Positions 15,671-38,052 of a stretch of DNA of 64,000 bases are shown here, piece by piece (the stretch's first letter is position 1; each line of letters begins with the position of its first letter). The notes under the pieces were generated by a model. That model did not search any database and was not told the DNA's origin. It saw only the letters and a list, made by a program, of their open reading frames with translations. The translations under genes were made by a program, and so were the position numbers. Location of the stretch: NCBI RefSeq assembly GCF_009914755.1, contig NC_060944.1, one strand, 5' to 3'. This DNA is from the human T2T-CHM13v2.0 reference genome, Homo sapiens.

Positions 15671-15857
15671 TTAAAATAACTATTCAAAATGTTCTGAGGC
15701 CCTACACCTACTGGACTCTGGGCAGAGCACTGGGTGCTAGGACTGTACCATATACAGGACAAGGCTGTCCCTGCCCTCCTAGATCTTGTAGTCTCTATTG
15801 GGGGAGTAGACAATAAAGAAGAAAACAAAAGAAGGAAACATATAAATGAAGTGCTAT

Positions 15858-16342
15858 TGAGGGGGTAAAGCCAGCTGGACTTCCTGGGTCGAGTGGGGAC
15901 TTGGAGAACTTCTTTGTCTTACAGGAGGATTGTAATATGCACCAATCAGCACTCTGTAGACAGGATTGTAAAACGCACCAATCGGCACCCTGTAGCTAGC
16001 TAGAGGTTTGTAAAACGCACCAATCAGCACTCTGTAGCTAGCTAGAGGTTTGTAAAATGGACCAATCAGCACCCTGTAAAATGGACCAATCAGCAGGACA
16101 TGGACAGGGACAAATAAGGGAATAAAAGCTAGCCACCCCAGCCAGTAGCAGCAACCCACTCGTGTTCCCTTCCAGGTTGTGGAAGCTTTGTTTTTTCGCT
16201 CTTCACAATAAATCTTGCTGCTACTCACTCTTTAGGTCCATGCCATCTTTAAGAGCTGTAACACTCACCACAAAGGTCCGCAGCTCCTTTCTTGAAGTCA
16301 GCAAGACCACAGACCTACCAGAAGGAATGAACTCCGGACACA
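15858..16342 (+). mobile_element. Solo LTR12 (HERV9 LTR, LTR12F-like), 485 bp
   Basis: TG...CA termini, 4-bp TSD CTAT, five CCAATC repeats, AATAAAAGC promoter box 16121, AATAAA 16207, ends actccggacaca. Confidence 0.92.
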
Positions 16343-16346
16343 CTAT

Positions 16347-17230
16347 GAATTTTAGTGAAGTGCAAGCAATAAATGCACATGTGCTGAGATAGAGGACAAT
16401 GGGGAGGAAGCTACTATAGAAGTGGTGATCAGGGAAGGCCCCTCTGAGGAGGAGATGTTTTAGCTGAGACTGGACGTTTAAGGATCTTTCTATGAGACAA
16501 GTGGAGGTCTTGAAGAGCCTGTACAGAAGAGGAGAATACGGCATGTTTGAGGAACTGAAGGTGTTCAATCTGACAAGCATGGCAAACAAGGAGGGGAGCC
16601 TGGAGAGGGAGCACGTCAGAGTAAGTGTGGATGCGAGTCCAAGTGCAGTGGAAGCCACCAAGCAGGGGGGTGGCATGCTTGGGTTTACTCTTTAGTAGGA
16701 TCACTCTGGCTGCTGTGAGGAAAATGTGCTAGAAGAAAGCAACAGTGGAAGCTGGGAGACCAACCAGGAGACAGGGAATCATCCATCTGAGAGAGGTGGG
16801 TAGGTGAATTAGGAAGATGGAAAAAAGGGAGGGTTTGAGATATTCTAGAGGCTAGGCCAAAAAGCCATACAGATGGGTTGCATGTGGAGTGAGGAAATGA
16901 GAAGAATCACAGACAACTTTCAGGTGTCCAGCCTGAACAATGAATAGACAGTACTAACTAACAGTGAGACGGAAGGCTGAAGGGGAGAGTAAGGAAGGGT
17001 CAGGAATGAGGAATACAAATTTCGAAGCTTGAGAGGGAGATTGAGAGATCAGTTCTGAACCTGTGAAATTTGAGATCACTGGGACAGGAAGGTGGTAGCT
17101 AAAACTGCAAGTCTGGAACCAGAGAAAGGGTGGGGAGACGTAACAGAAAGAGTCATCTGCATCCAGGGGGTTCTAGGGTCCTGGGAATTGATGAGATCAT
17201 TTAGAGAGAGAATATGATGAGAGAAGGGAG
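16347..17230 (-). mobile_element. L2 fragment (host of the LTR12)
   Basis: gatcagggaaggcccctctgaggaggagatgttt...ggatcactctggctgctgtg typical of antisense L2. Confidence 0.7.
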
Positions 17231-17298
17231 GTAGCAGAGCCAGAAAAGAAAAGAAATAATCAAAAATCACGTTGATAATTTAAAACTGAACATGGTAA

Positions 17299-17695
<397 letters not shown>

Positions 17696-18639
17696 TCCTT
17701 TTAGGCCTTTAAGAAAATAATTTTCATTTAGGATTCCCCCCTTACCACCACCACTACCAACTTCTTGTATATTTGGAGGATAAGAAAAACAAGTTTTTGA
17801 AGGTCTCTGTTTGGATTGTGTTCAAGGAGATCCTTTTTCTTAAAAATAAGAAGCAACTGTTTTTTTCCAAAAAGTCACTAAAATGAAAAGTAGTCTACCT
17901 GAAATTCAAACCTTTGAAAAGCTTACGCTCACATTACGACTTCTCTGTAAAAATTCTACCCCAAGATACAATTTTCCCATCCTCATAAATTAAAATGCAA
18001 TTATACATTTTACTACAGATGTTTCATCCTGAAAGATGAAACTGGTACTTTCAAACAGTTCAAGAGTCACAGGAGAGATGTAAAATTGCAAAAGGTCAAG
18101 GATTTATTTTAAAATGTTAAAAAAAAATTAAGTATACCTGCTAGGCCATCCAAAAACTGATAAGCAGGGAGAGGAAAAGGACAGAATTGCCAGAAAAATA
18201 AGTAAATATGTAACAGCTATTCCCCAAATGAAAACACATTAAAGCTATAATTATATCTCTGGGTATCTGTTGACACAAAAACCCCACTATGCTCTTGAGG
18301 CTTACACTATCACTATCAACTACCAAATTGAAATCACAGCTGTAAACATAACTGGGAAACTTTATACTTTTCAAAAATATCCAGTGTGACACAGGGATAA
18401 CGCATAAGAAGGAAAGCCAACAACATTTGCCAAAAATGTTCCTTCCCTCAATTGTTCAAGTTAAATCAAGACCGTAATTCTTTTTAAGACCACAGCCTCA
18501 CTTTGTAAAATTCTTCTCAGATATAGATGAGAAAGAAATATCCTGACCTTTAAGAGATTGTCATTTTAACTCATGACACAGCTACCTAGAAGCCTAGAAG
18601 GCTACCAGCAAGGTCATATGAATAGATGGATAATGAGCA

Positions 18640-19460
<821 letters not shown>

Positions 19461-20689
19461 AAGAGAAACACAAGTTCCTACTCATAAAACAAAGATGTAT
19501 CTCTCATAATCTAGTTATAAGTCAAAGAAAAAAAGCATAGAATAAAAGTTGTGTAGTATGATAGCATTTTTGTAAGAAAAAACACGTATACATGGGAACA
19601 AGGCTAAAAGGCTTAATACCAAATTGTGATTTACTATGGTTTGTGGGATTATGGGGTTTTTTTTGTTTTGTTTTGTTTGCAATGCTTTTCTTTGTTTTTC
19701 AAGTTTTCTGCCTTAAACATGAATTACTTTGGTAATTTTTAATGTTATCTTTAAAAAGAAAAAAGCACTCCACCATGAGACTTCCCTTGTCTGAAATCTT
19801 ACTTCAATATGAAAAAAAAAAAAACAAACTCAAAACCAAAAACCAAAACAACATGGGGAACATTTTTTTCCAAAAATTACCACACTTCCCATGCAATGTT
19901 TGCCTGTCATGAACCACTGCACAAATCAAGCCCCGCTCAATGTATCAAGGTCACAAAACCAACTTGGTTAATATGTTGATCATTACATAGTGGCTCTGTC
20001 CTCTACAGCAACTTTGATACCATCTTTCCAAGGCAGCAACAGAAGGGCCCTTTTCATTCATTTTCTATGTGTCTTTGATACTATTTTGCGCTTCTGGATT
20101 TTTCCACTGTATGTCTCTTAGAAACAAATTAAGCTCGAATAAGTTGTTCCAGCTAATGAAGTGCGCTTTTGGCTCCTTCTCCGTGGTTCAGAATTATCCG
20201 GCAAAATACCAATTGTTTTAGGATGCATTTTCTCTTAGTTTTGAAATATTGCAATACTAAGTTACCACAAATAAAGAGCATTGAGATAACAACACACAAG
20301 AACGTGTATAAATGGAAACTACTGTAATCCTTTTTTAAATTAAGGACGTGTGGACGCCTCATGAATAAACATTTAGGATATCTGGATAAATATATACTAT
20401 GTGTTCACATAGATAAAAACAGAAAGGAGCATTCCTTCCTACCTCACTCCCCCACCCCAAGTCACATAAGTTTCTCGCAGGGCACAAGCCCAGGGCAATC
20501 ACTGCTCAGAAATGTAAACCATGCAACTCAAAATGACTCAAGCCCTCAAACACTCCCCACCTAAGTCCTACATCCCATCCACTCCTCAATCACTTCCAAC
20601 AGGCTTCCCTGAATGAAAATCCCAAACTGGGAAGGCTTAACAAGCTCCAAACTCCACTCACACGCCACTCAGGGAATCCGAGGACCTGG

Positions 20690-21790
20690 GGCCCACGTGT
20701 AGTGTTTTCGCGTGGGCAGACAAGGGTCCCAAGATTCAGGGTGCTACTGTACCCCGAGTGGTTCGAGTCCTGGCTCTGCCGCCTTCACTGGTCGAGCTGA
20801 CGCTCTTTACACCGGGGGCATGGGCTGCCACATCCCAGCAGAGTGCAAGGGCCCTCGGGCGTGGACGCAGGCGGCTCTCGGGTGCACACGCGGAACGCAC
20901 ACTCGGGCATGCACTCTCACACGGTCAGGCGGGCCTGCGCGAACGCCCCCGCTTCCCCTCTACCACCCCCTTTTGCGCCTTCTACGATGGTGGCACGCGG
21001 GGCTACCCTGACCCCTAGGACCCCTGGACGCCCGCTCCTGGAGCCCGGGGGGTGATGACAGATGGCGGAGGGCGGGGCTCCGGGGGGAAGGGGCGGAGCC
21101 TCTCAGCATGGGGGTGCTGGCGGCTGACAGAAAGACCAGGGGCAGCCGGCGGGAGGGGGCTGACTGAGACTGCGGGCCGGCCGCGGGCCAGGCGTGGCGG
21201 GAAGGAGCTCGCGCAGAGACAGGGTCTGACAGGCAGAGAGAGATACAGACACCGGGGACTGACAGCCGCGGGGGCACGCGGGGCCGGCTGGCCGTGGCGG
21301 GCGCTCACCTGGCAGCGGCGGCGGTGGCGGCGCCCGCGACCGGGCCGCTCTTCCCGCGCTGCGGGCCTCCCTCCCCGCGGCCGGGCGGGCGGCCGGCGCA
21401 GGCCCCGCAGAGGCGGCGGCGGCGGCGACGCCGGAGCCGCGGACTGCTGAGCGGCGGGGACGCAGCTGCACCAACCGACTCCGGGCCGCTCGGCTGGGCT
21501 CGGCCGCTCTCGGAGGCGCTCGGCTCTGCTCGGCCTTGCACGGCTCCCCTCGGCCTTGCTCGACTCGGCTGGGGGCGTGGCCCAGGCCCCCCAGTCCGCC
21601 CAGGTCGCCTCTGGCGGCCGCGGGGCGGGGCTTTCGAGCGGGTGCGAGCCCCCTGACGTCGCGGGGAGCGGACCTTGCCCCCGGCGCATGCGCCAGCACT
21701 CCTCCTCCCCCCTCCTCCCCGCCCCACCGTGTGGAGGCTGAAGAAGACGGGGAAGGAGGCGCTGGGGGCGGATGCTGCGGTCCCAGAGGT
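20690..21790. promoter_or_regulatory. CpG island / ZHX3 promoter
   Basis: Very high GC and CpG density; GC boxes 21571-21580 and 21622-21630, CRE-like TGACGTC 21654-21660, perfect NRF1 palindrome GCGCATGCGC 21684-21693. Confidence 0.92.
21309..21560 (-). other. ZHX3: Non-coding first exon of ZHX3 (5' end approximate); 1-21308 is ZHX3 intron
   Basis: Strong minus-strand donor CAG|GTGAGC (plus gcgctcac|ctg at 21308/21309) in CpG island; gene name inferred from known ZHX3-LPIN3 head-to-head order, no ZHX3 coding sequence in window. Confidence 0.75.
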
Positions 21791-22629
21791 TCCTGGCTTT
21801 TGTACTCCATATCCTGCTCTTTCCAGAGGACCACTTAAAGAAGGTCACACCAGGTTACACTTTCAAAAGGATGTGTGTGTAGGCTGGCAGGGGCTCTCGC
21901 TCCTGTCTGCCCCCACTCCTCCAATTCCAGTGTTTCCCAACAAGCGTCGACTAGGAGTGGTCTTTTATCCAACCAAGGGTTCACTGCAATTTTTAATATT
22001 TTCTGTTTTCTTAAGAATAATAACAAAAAAACTAACTCTTGATCACTGTTTTAACATTGAGTCTTCAAGTACTTGAACTTTCAAACATCAGTCAGCCTCC
22101 TCGAGTCCACTAATACCGTCCTTTCTTCATAGCTGTTGTATAACCTGTAATGCCTGGGATGGGGTTGGGTTCTTTCCTGAATTCTCGTCACATGATCCAG
22201 GCACCTTTTTAGTTATGGAACCAAGTCTGCAGCAAATATGCTCAGAAAGTGGCTCCCACCTTTAGAATCCAGTGATTAGTAAACAGCAGGAGCTCTACGG
22301 TCTTGACACACCTGGATGGGAATCCCAGATCTGCATTAATCTAGCAGGTTAATAATTGTCTGAGTGACTTTGGACGTGTTAATCTCTCAACTGTAAAAGG
22401 GCAATGAAACATGAGTAAATCAGTAGAAATATTAAAAGGGTTAAATGACACCACATATAAAGATTTCTGCACAGTGCTTGGTGTTCAATAAGTAAGGCTG
22501 CCTTTAACTTCAAGTAACTTTAGAACCTTCAGATCCTGAAAACCAGGGAGCATATACACAAGTGTGAGCGATGTGTCCAAGTAAACAAGTCGATAGTCAA
22601 ACACCCATACGTGGCACCTTAGCTTGCTC

Positions 22630-23600
<971 letters not shown>

Positions 23601-23767
23601 AATGTATATAGGTTATACTGCTCCAATACAACTTCATTTATTCAACAAACTTTTCTGAGCATCTATTTTGATCCAGGCACAGTGGGATCCTGAGAAAAAT
23701 GAGGTATTCTCCCGACCTTTGAGGAACAGTATTTCAGAGGAAACAGTCATGTAAAAAAAATACTTCT

Positions 23768-24069
<302 letters not shown>

Positions 24070-25103
24070 CTTCTGGGAGAAAATATGTAACAAAGATGGA
24101 TGTGCCAACTGCTTTGGGAAGCACAGAGAATAGCATAATTAACAATATACAGGAGAGTGTGGGTAGGCTTCCCAGAAAAGGTGACTTTGGGGCCACATCT
24201 AAAGAGTTGTTGAGACAGAGATTCCAGGCAGAAGAAACAGCCATTTAATACCAGTGTTGGGGGGTATGTCACAAATGATATTTACACACAGAGGCATATT
24301 ACTTTCCTTTAAAAAAAATTAAGCAGATTTCAGGTAATCCCTATAATAATGTCATTTGCACTCACATTCTAATGAGCTTTCTCAAGCAGTAAGGAAACTG
24401 CTAGTATAGTTAATGCAATAGTTACCACCTGACCTCTATTTTATTGGAATGGGCTACACCTGTGAACTTTTTGTGCCAGGGTCCAGAGGCAAAGAACTAT
24501 CTGAAGTTTGCTGGCTGCAAGGACCAGAAACCCATCAGACCAATTTAAGGAAAATAAAAGGGGACTTTATCTTTAGGCTTTGGGTGGGATGGATCTCACA
24601 GAGGCCAAGGGAAATAATTAGCTGGGATTTTGGATGGGCTGGAAGCAGAGTAAGGGGAGCCAGTATGACTCCAGCAAACTTGTTTTCTCTGCCTCCAGGT
24701 ATTAATAATACAATGGGAAATGTGTCTACCAACCTCTCCCAAGTATGAGATACAATTCCAACTACCCAGAGACTAAAACTCCCTAATCATTCTAATCACA
24801 AAATCATGTAGAAAAGGCTCTAACTGACCCAACTTGTGGTAGGTACTCTCCTCCAGAACAGTCATGCCAGCTTACAGGCATGAAGTTCACCAGGAAGCCA
24901 CCTCTGTGAATCAAGAAATGGCCAATTACCAGGAAAAGGGAAATTGTTTCTAGCTGAGGCGGTATCTTGAAAGAAGTCCCTCACAGAACTGCTGGTTCCA
25001 CATAGTGGCAAAACCCCTGGGAAACATTTGGTAGTGACACAGGAAACAATTGTTGAGTTCTTGATTTCTGCATAGTAGGGAGGCCTTTTTTAAGTGGCAA
25101 TAA

Positions 25104-25493
<390 letters not shown>

Positions 25494-25578
25494 TGATAGG
25501 ATTGTACTTCCTTACAATAGCTTGGATTTGTGAATAGCCATGTGACTTTCTTTGGTCAATAAAATGTGAGTAGAAGTA

Positions 25579-27860
<2,282 letters not shown>

Positions 27861-27889
27861 TAATTCACCATACATCACTCCCAGGTCCA

Positions 27890-28710
<821 letters not shown>

Positions 28711-28718
28711 ATCAAATG

Positions 28719-31000
<2,282 letters not shown>

Positions 31001-31300
31001 AACCAAACATGTCCCTCCCCCACAATCCCCCACCACTCCTCTACTTATGAGACACAGAAAGAGTGGTAATAGAGACAGATTTCATGGTAACTAGTTAGGG
31101 AATCACCATTTTGTACCCAGGCACAGAAAACCAACCCCCTACTGGAATATCTCCTGCATGCAGGGATGAGGAGAGAAACTGGCCTTCGAGGTGAGGGAAT
31201 TCAAGGAAGTGACTGACAGCTCTCTGCTGTGGGGATAGAGAACATTATTACGGTCAGGCCACCCTTCTGTTAGAATCCATTGTGATGACTTCAGTGTTAC

Positions 31301-31581
31301 TTTTTTTTTTTTTTTTTGAGACAGGGGCTCACTGTCACCCAGGCTGGAGTGCACTGTCACTATCATGGCTCACTGCGGCCTCGACCTCCCGGGTTCAAGT
31401 GATCCTCCTGAGTAGCTGGGACTAACGCAGCACCATGCCCAACTAATTTTTCTATTTTTTTTTGTAGAGACAGGGTTTCACTATGTAGCCCAGGCTGGTC
31501 TCAAACTCCTGGCTCAAGTGATCCACCTGCTTCAGCCTCCCAAAGTGGTATGATTACAAGTGTGAGCCACCATACCCAGCT
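31301..31581 (-). mobile_element. AluJ
   Basis: Diverged antisense dimer. Confidence 0.9.
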
Positions 31582-31881
31582 ACAGGGTTATTTTAATAAA
31601 GTCACTGAAAGTTAGGGGGTCATAATGACCCATTTATAGCATGCTAAACTTTCATCAGGCACTGGAGGCCACGATATGGGACAACAAGCAATTCCTGAGG
31701 TGCACTGCACATTAGCAAAAGAAGGCCATGCAGCTCTGGAAAGATTCTCAACAATAAACATAATTAAGTTTGTTGTATGTTCCTCCAGATTTTTTTAGGG
31801 TATCTAAACGTTTTTTATTATAAATATGGTATTATATTACATGTATTGTTTACCTTTTTAAAACTTAACAGTAGCTGCTAA

Positions 31882-32741
<860 letters not shown>

Positions 32742-34027
32742 TTGTGTTTTAAATCTTTTACTGTTTTCTTCCACTTAACACTATAAATTCCATCCATGCT
32801 GTTTTATGTCTATTTCATGTAGAATTCCAAGGTATGTATCCACAACATTTTACTAACTCATCCCCTAGTTCCTTTGCCTCTAGTTCCTGTATGCCATTAA
32901 CACTGTAACAAATAACCTCCTGCTTGTCTTCTTGCGGATCTGAGCAAACTTTCTTCAAAATGTATTTCCAGGCATGAGACTGCTACACTACTGAGCCCTA
33001 TGCATACTTAATTTTACTCAGAACTACTGGCTTATTTTATAGAAGGGCTGAGCAAGTTTATATTCCCACCAGTCCAATCTCTTCACATGGGTTTCTGACC
33101 CTTCGCGTTGCAGTAACACTGAGACGATGGATGTTCATTCCTGGTGCCCCGATTCAATTTGAAATTGACTTCATGGTCACTGACAAATTATTCTTCAGGT
33201 TGTGGCAGGGCTGAGGCCATTTCCTAGTGACTTAACAGATGGAATTTGTTCTCTATTTTCACTTGCTTTTTAAATGTTTTCGGGGAGGGGTGCCTGTTAG
33301 AGACAGGAGCACTACAGACTGTCTTCCCTAGGCACTCCCTGGCAGCCTTCTAAGTCCCTAACTACATGGAGAAACTGCCTTGGGTCAGTGTTTTAAGCTG
33401 CAAGGAATGTTGTGACTCAGCTAGTCGTTCAGGGACACCTCGATGAACAAGGCCACGGGAAGGAAGTCATTACACAGAGAGCTGGACTGTAAAAACCAAA
33501 AATACTCTACACACCAAACTCTAGAGCAGTGCAGCAGTACATCCCATGACTCAACGGGACAGCTTCTGCCACGTGGCACACAGCTCCGGATATGTGGTGC
33601 GCAGCCCTCACTCGCGGCTCTGCTGCCGCTCTGAGCTGCTTGGAAAGTTGATGGGGTGGGGAAATCTGTGACTGTATTCTCTCTCCACCCCCTCCACTCT
33701 GACCATTGCTCCTCTCATCAGCTCCCCCTCTTCCTACTCCTTCTTTAACCCTCTTGCCCTGCAAAAACAAAAACAGCTGGAATTTAGTATTTCACACATG
33801 CTGGCAATTTAGTGGGGACACATGGAGGTCAAAACGCTGGCACTCTAGGAAGACCCTACTGATCAGGCAGACACTGGGCAACAGGTCATATCACCTGGGA
33901 CAGGGTCAAGAGTACTGGGCAAAGAGGCAGCCCCAAGGAACAGAGACTTCAAGGTACAGGCAAAACCTTTAAAGATGTGGACATTCACTCACTAATCTTT
34001 ATCAGAGACCTACTATGTGCCAGATGC

Positions 34028-34770
34028 TTTTTGTTTGTTTCTTTGAGACGGAGTCTCATTCACTGGAGTGCAGTAGCACCATCTCGGCACACTGCAACCT
34101 CCACCTCCAGTTCAAGCAATTCTCCTGCCTCAGCCTCCCCACGAGCTGGGATTAGAGGCATGCACCACCACACTTGGCTAATTTTTATATTTTTGGTACA
34201 GACAGGGTTTCACCATCTTGGCCTGGCTGGTCTTGAACTCCTAGCCTCAAGTGATCCACCCGTGTTGGCCTCCCAAACTGTTGGGATTACAGGCGTGAGC
34301 CACCGTGCCCGGCCCCAGACTGTTCTTAGGAACTGTCAGTGAAGACAGATCAGATGTCTTGTCCTCACGGGGCCTGCATTCTTTTGGAGGGAGACACACA
34401 CATACCAGACATCCTCAAGAAGTGAATTAGCACTCAAGGAAGTTGTTAGGGCTACTGGAAAAGATTAGAGCACAGAGAGGTGTCTGGGCATGGTCAGGGT
34501 AGACTTCATGGACATTGGTGTGGTCTTGAGGTTAGTGAGGGAGCCAGCCAGGTAGGCATCTAGGGAAAGAAACTTCTGGGCAGAGGAAACAGCCAGTGTG
34601 CTTTTTTTTTTTTTTTTTTTTTTTAAAGAGAGAGTCTTACGCTGTCACTCAGGCTGGTGTGCAGTGGTGTAATCACAGCTCTGCAACCTTGAAATCCTGG
34701 GCTCAAGCGATCCTCCCATCTCAGCCTCCCAAAGTGTTGGGATTAAAGACATGAACCACTGCATCTGACC
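34028..34770 (-). mobile_element. AluS (34028-34314) and partial Alu (34602-34770) within L2-like sequence
   Basis: Alu consensus similarity. Confidence 0.85.
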
Positions 34771-34954
34771 AAGTATACTTTTAAGTGTACTCAATAATTG
34801 GTTTCCTTTTCCTCATCTATAACAACAGTTTCTACCTTTTGTCCAGCTCCTGAGAGCCTTGAGTTCTAATCACAACAGCCCCTCACTCCCAGTGGCAGCC
34901 CTTCCATGCAGCCTCCCCTCTCTAGCCCCACTCTGCCTGTTAGCATCTGCAGCC

Positions 34955-35492
34955 ATGGTGCAGGCCTAGTACATGGATGAGTTCCCAGACTGCTGGAGGC
35001 AGCCCCACCACCCCGAGCCCCTGGCCACCCAGTGGGCCAGAAACAGCCATGCTGGCTCAGGGTGCACTACTAAAGCTGGACACTGACAAATGAGAGAATG
35101 ATCCAGAATTAGAAAAGACTCAAAGAGAGAGAAGCTACTCCTGGATAGACATAATAACCATATGTAAAGATAAATTACCAAATTATGAAGAAAAGATTAA
35201 GGTGTTTTATGGGGAGCATTTACACTTGGATGATCGGATCTGTTACATCCCGGGTGGCAGTGGATACTTTTGATATGACAGATAAAGAAGACAAGTGAAT
35301 CTACATCTTCATGGAGAAAGGAGACATAACTCTCCCCACAGGAATTCGTCACCACCTCACTCTGGATGAAAAGAAGTACGTGAAGGCCATATGGCCATTC
35401 AGGGAGACCCAGTGTGGACAGCATACAATGGGCCAGCTGACCATTTCAATGTCCAGGGACAATACATGAAATTTCTGGCACAGACAGCATAG
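34955..35492 (+). pseudogene. ADI1P1: Processed pseudogene of acireductone dioxygenase ADI1 (CDS remnant)
   Basis: Intronless; reads MVQA*YMDE...[33 protein letters not shown]...GSGYFD...FMEKGD...[13 protein letters not shown]...[10 protein letters not shown]; stops at 34967, 35071, 35296 plus frameshifts. Confidence 0.92.
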
Positions 35493-35615
35493 CAGGGCTC
35501 CCTGAGAACATGTACTTTGTGAAGGTCCTAAACGTAACTGAGCACAAAATCATTTTTCTCTTTGCTTTTATACGGTAAACTTGTCTTTCCTTTGCAAGAT
35601 TATTTGATCAGAATG

Positions 35616-35905
35616 TTTTTTATCTTATTTTTATTTTTTGAGACAGAGTCTCACTCTGCTGCCCAGGCTGGAGTGCAGTGGCATGATTCCAGCTCGCTGC
35701 AATCTCCACCTCCCAGGCTCAAGTGGTTCTCATGCCTCAGCCTCCTGAGTAGCTTGTATACAGGTGCACATCATCACACCCGGCTAATAGAAACAGGGTT
35801 TCAACATGTTGGCCAGGCTGGTCTCAAACACCTGGCCTCAAGTGATCTGCCTGACTCAGCCTCTCAAAGTTTTGGGATTACAGGCATGAGCCACCGTGCC
35901 TGGCT
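35616..35905 (-). mobile_element. Alu (old S/J) in ADI1 retrocopy
   Basis: TSD tcagaat(g/a)ttttt. Confidence 0.9.
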
Positions 35906-36286
35906 CAGAATATTTTTTAATGAAAGGAGCAATAAAACTGATTTTTACATGGAAGCAACTGTGGAAATGAAGACAAGTCACCTTCGTTTTGTCTAATGCA
36001 GTCAAGACTAGTGGTTCAGTAGCCCTGTGTTAGTACATGCACTCATCTTTAGTCCAAATGAGAGTTTCATCTCCCAAAATGTATCTCCTTAGATGTTCTA
36101 TCTGGACATGATATTGTGCCTGCCTTGTAACAAGGTGCAATGGTAGATAACCAGATAGAAGACACTTTTTTTCTCCCAAAATTATACACTGAGGTGGGGA
36201 ATTATACACATAGAGGGAAGAGCTCTTATGTTAGGCGACACATTCTGAGTTGCTTATGCCACTTTCTTGTTCAAAATAAAGTCATT

Positions 36287-36592
<306 letters not shown>

Positions 36593-36841
36593 ATAAAGTG
36601 ACTGCCTCAATTTTATGCTCATGGCTTGGCATTATCTTATATTCAAGTATATATGGTATTTTGCCTAGCTTGTTAAAATCACCAGTTTAGATTCTTTGTG
36701 TGACTGTATATGTATGTGATTAATGTGTATATTATCTGTGTTGGTATTTTTTTCAGTGCGAGTTGTCTAGGTTCTTTCACAATCAAGATTTTAACAGAAT
36801 TAGTATTTTAAAATTTATCAAGAGAATTAGTACGTTATTTT

Positions 36842-36877
36842 TCTACTCAATTCTAAGACTCTACTCAATTCTAAGAC
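36842..36877. repeat. Perfect 18-bp tandem duplication (tctactcaattctaagac)x2
   Basis: direct observation. Confidence 0.95.
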
Positions 36878-37127
36878 ACAATTATGCCTAGTTCGTTATA
36901 ATCATAGAAAAACCCCAAATAAATTTCATGTTTTAGAAGGTCAGGTTGTTTTCTAAGTATTTTTCTAAAACTGGATGAAAATTTTTCATGTTAAAATTAA
37001 TTTTTCATTACTTTCACACTGGTCTTGGGGGTCTGTTTCTCACTGCACAGAGGAAAGTCGATCCTTAAATGTTATTATCATGGTGCCTGTGTACATTTTA
37101 ATCCTGAAATTATTAATTTTAGGATTA

Positions 37128-37872
<745 letters not shown>

Positions 37873-37879
37873 AAAGCAG

Positions 37880-38052
37880 AATATTATAAAATGTAACATA
37901 ATCACAGGAGTGATATTCCATTACCTTTGCCATATTCTATTGGTTAAAAGCAAGTCACAGGTCCTACCCACACTTCAGTGAAAGGGATGACACAAAGGCA
38001 TGAACACCAGGAGGCAGAAATGCAGGGGCCACCTTAGAGTCTGTCTGCCACT
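37880..38052 (-). mobile_element. MLT1 LTR fragment
   Basis: ctttgccatattctattggttaaaagcaagtcacagg...gggccaccttagagtctgtctgccac. Confidence 0.7.

Noticed and set aside
15936-16100. Regularly spaced caccaatcagcactctgta repeats, superficially CRISPR-like
   Set aside because: Internal tandem CCAAT units of LTR12; spacers not unique; eukaryotic context, no cas genes
20712-22076. Many long overlapping ORFs (up to 277 aa) on both strands
   Set aside because: Expected from stop-codon scarcity in a CpG island; Arg/Pro/Gly/Ala-rich with no recognisable domain
33090-33290. Unique stretch with a small hairpin (caatttgaaattg), considered as snoRNA/ncRNA
   Set aside because: Could not identify properly placed C/D or H/ACA boxes or a known family; an Infernal/Rfam search would be needed
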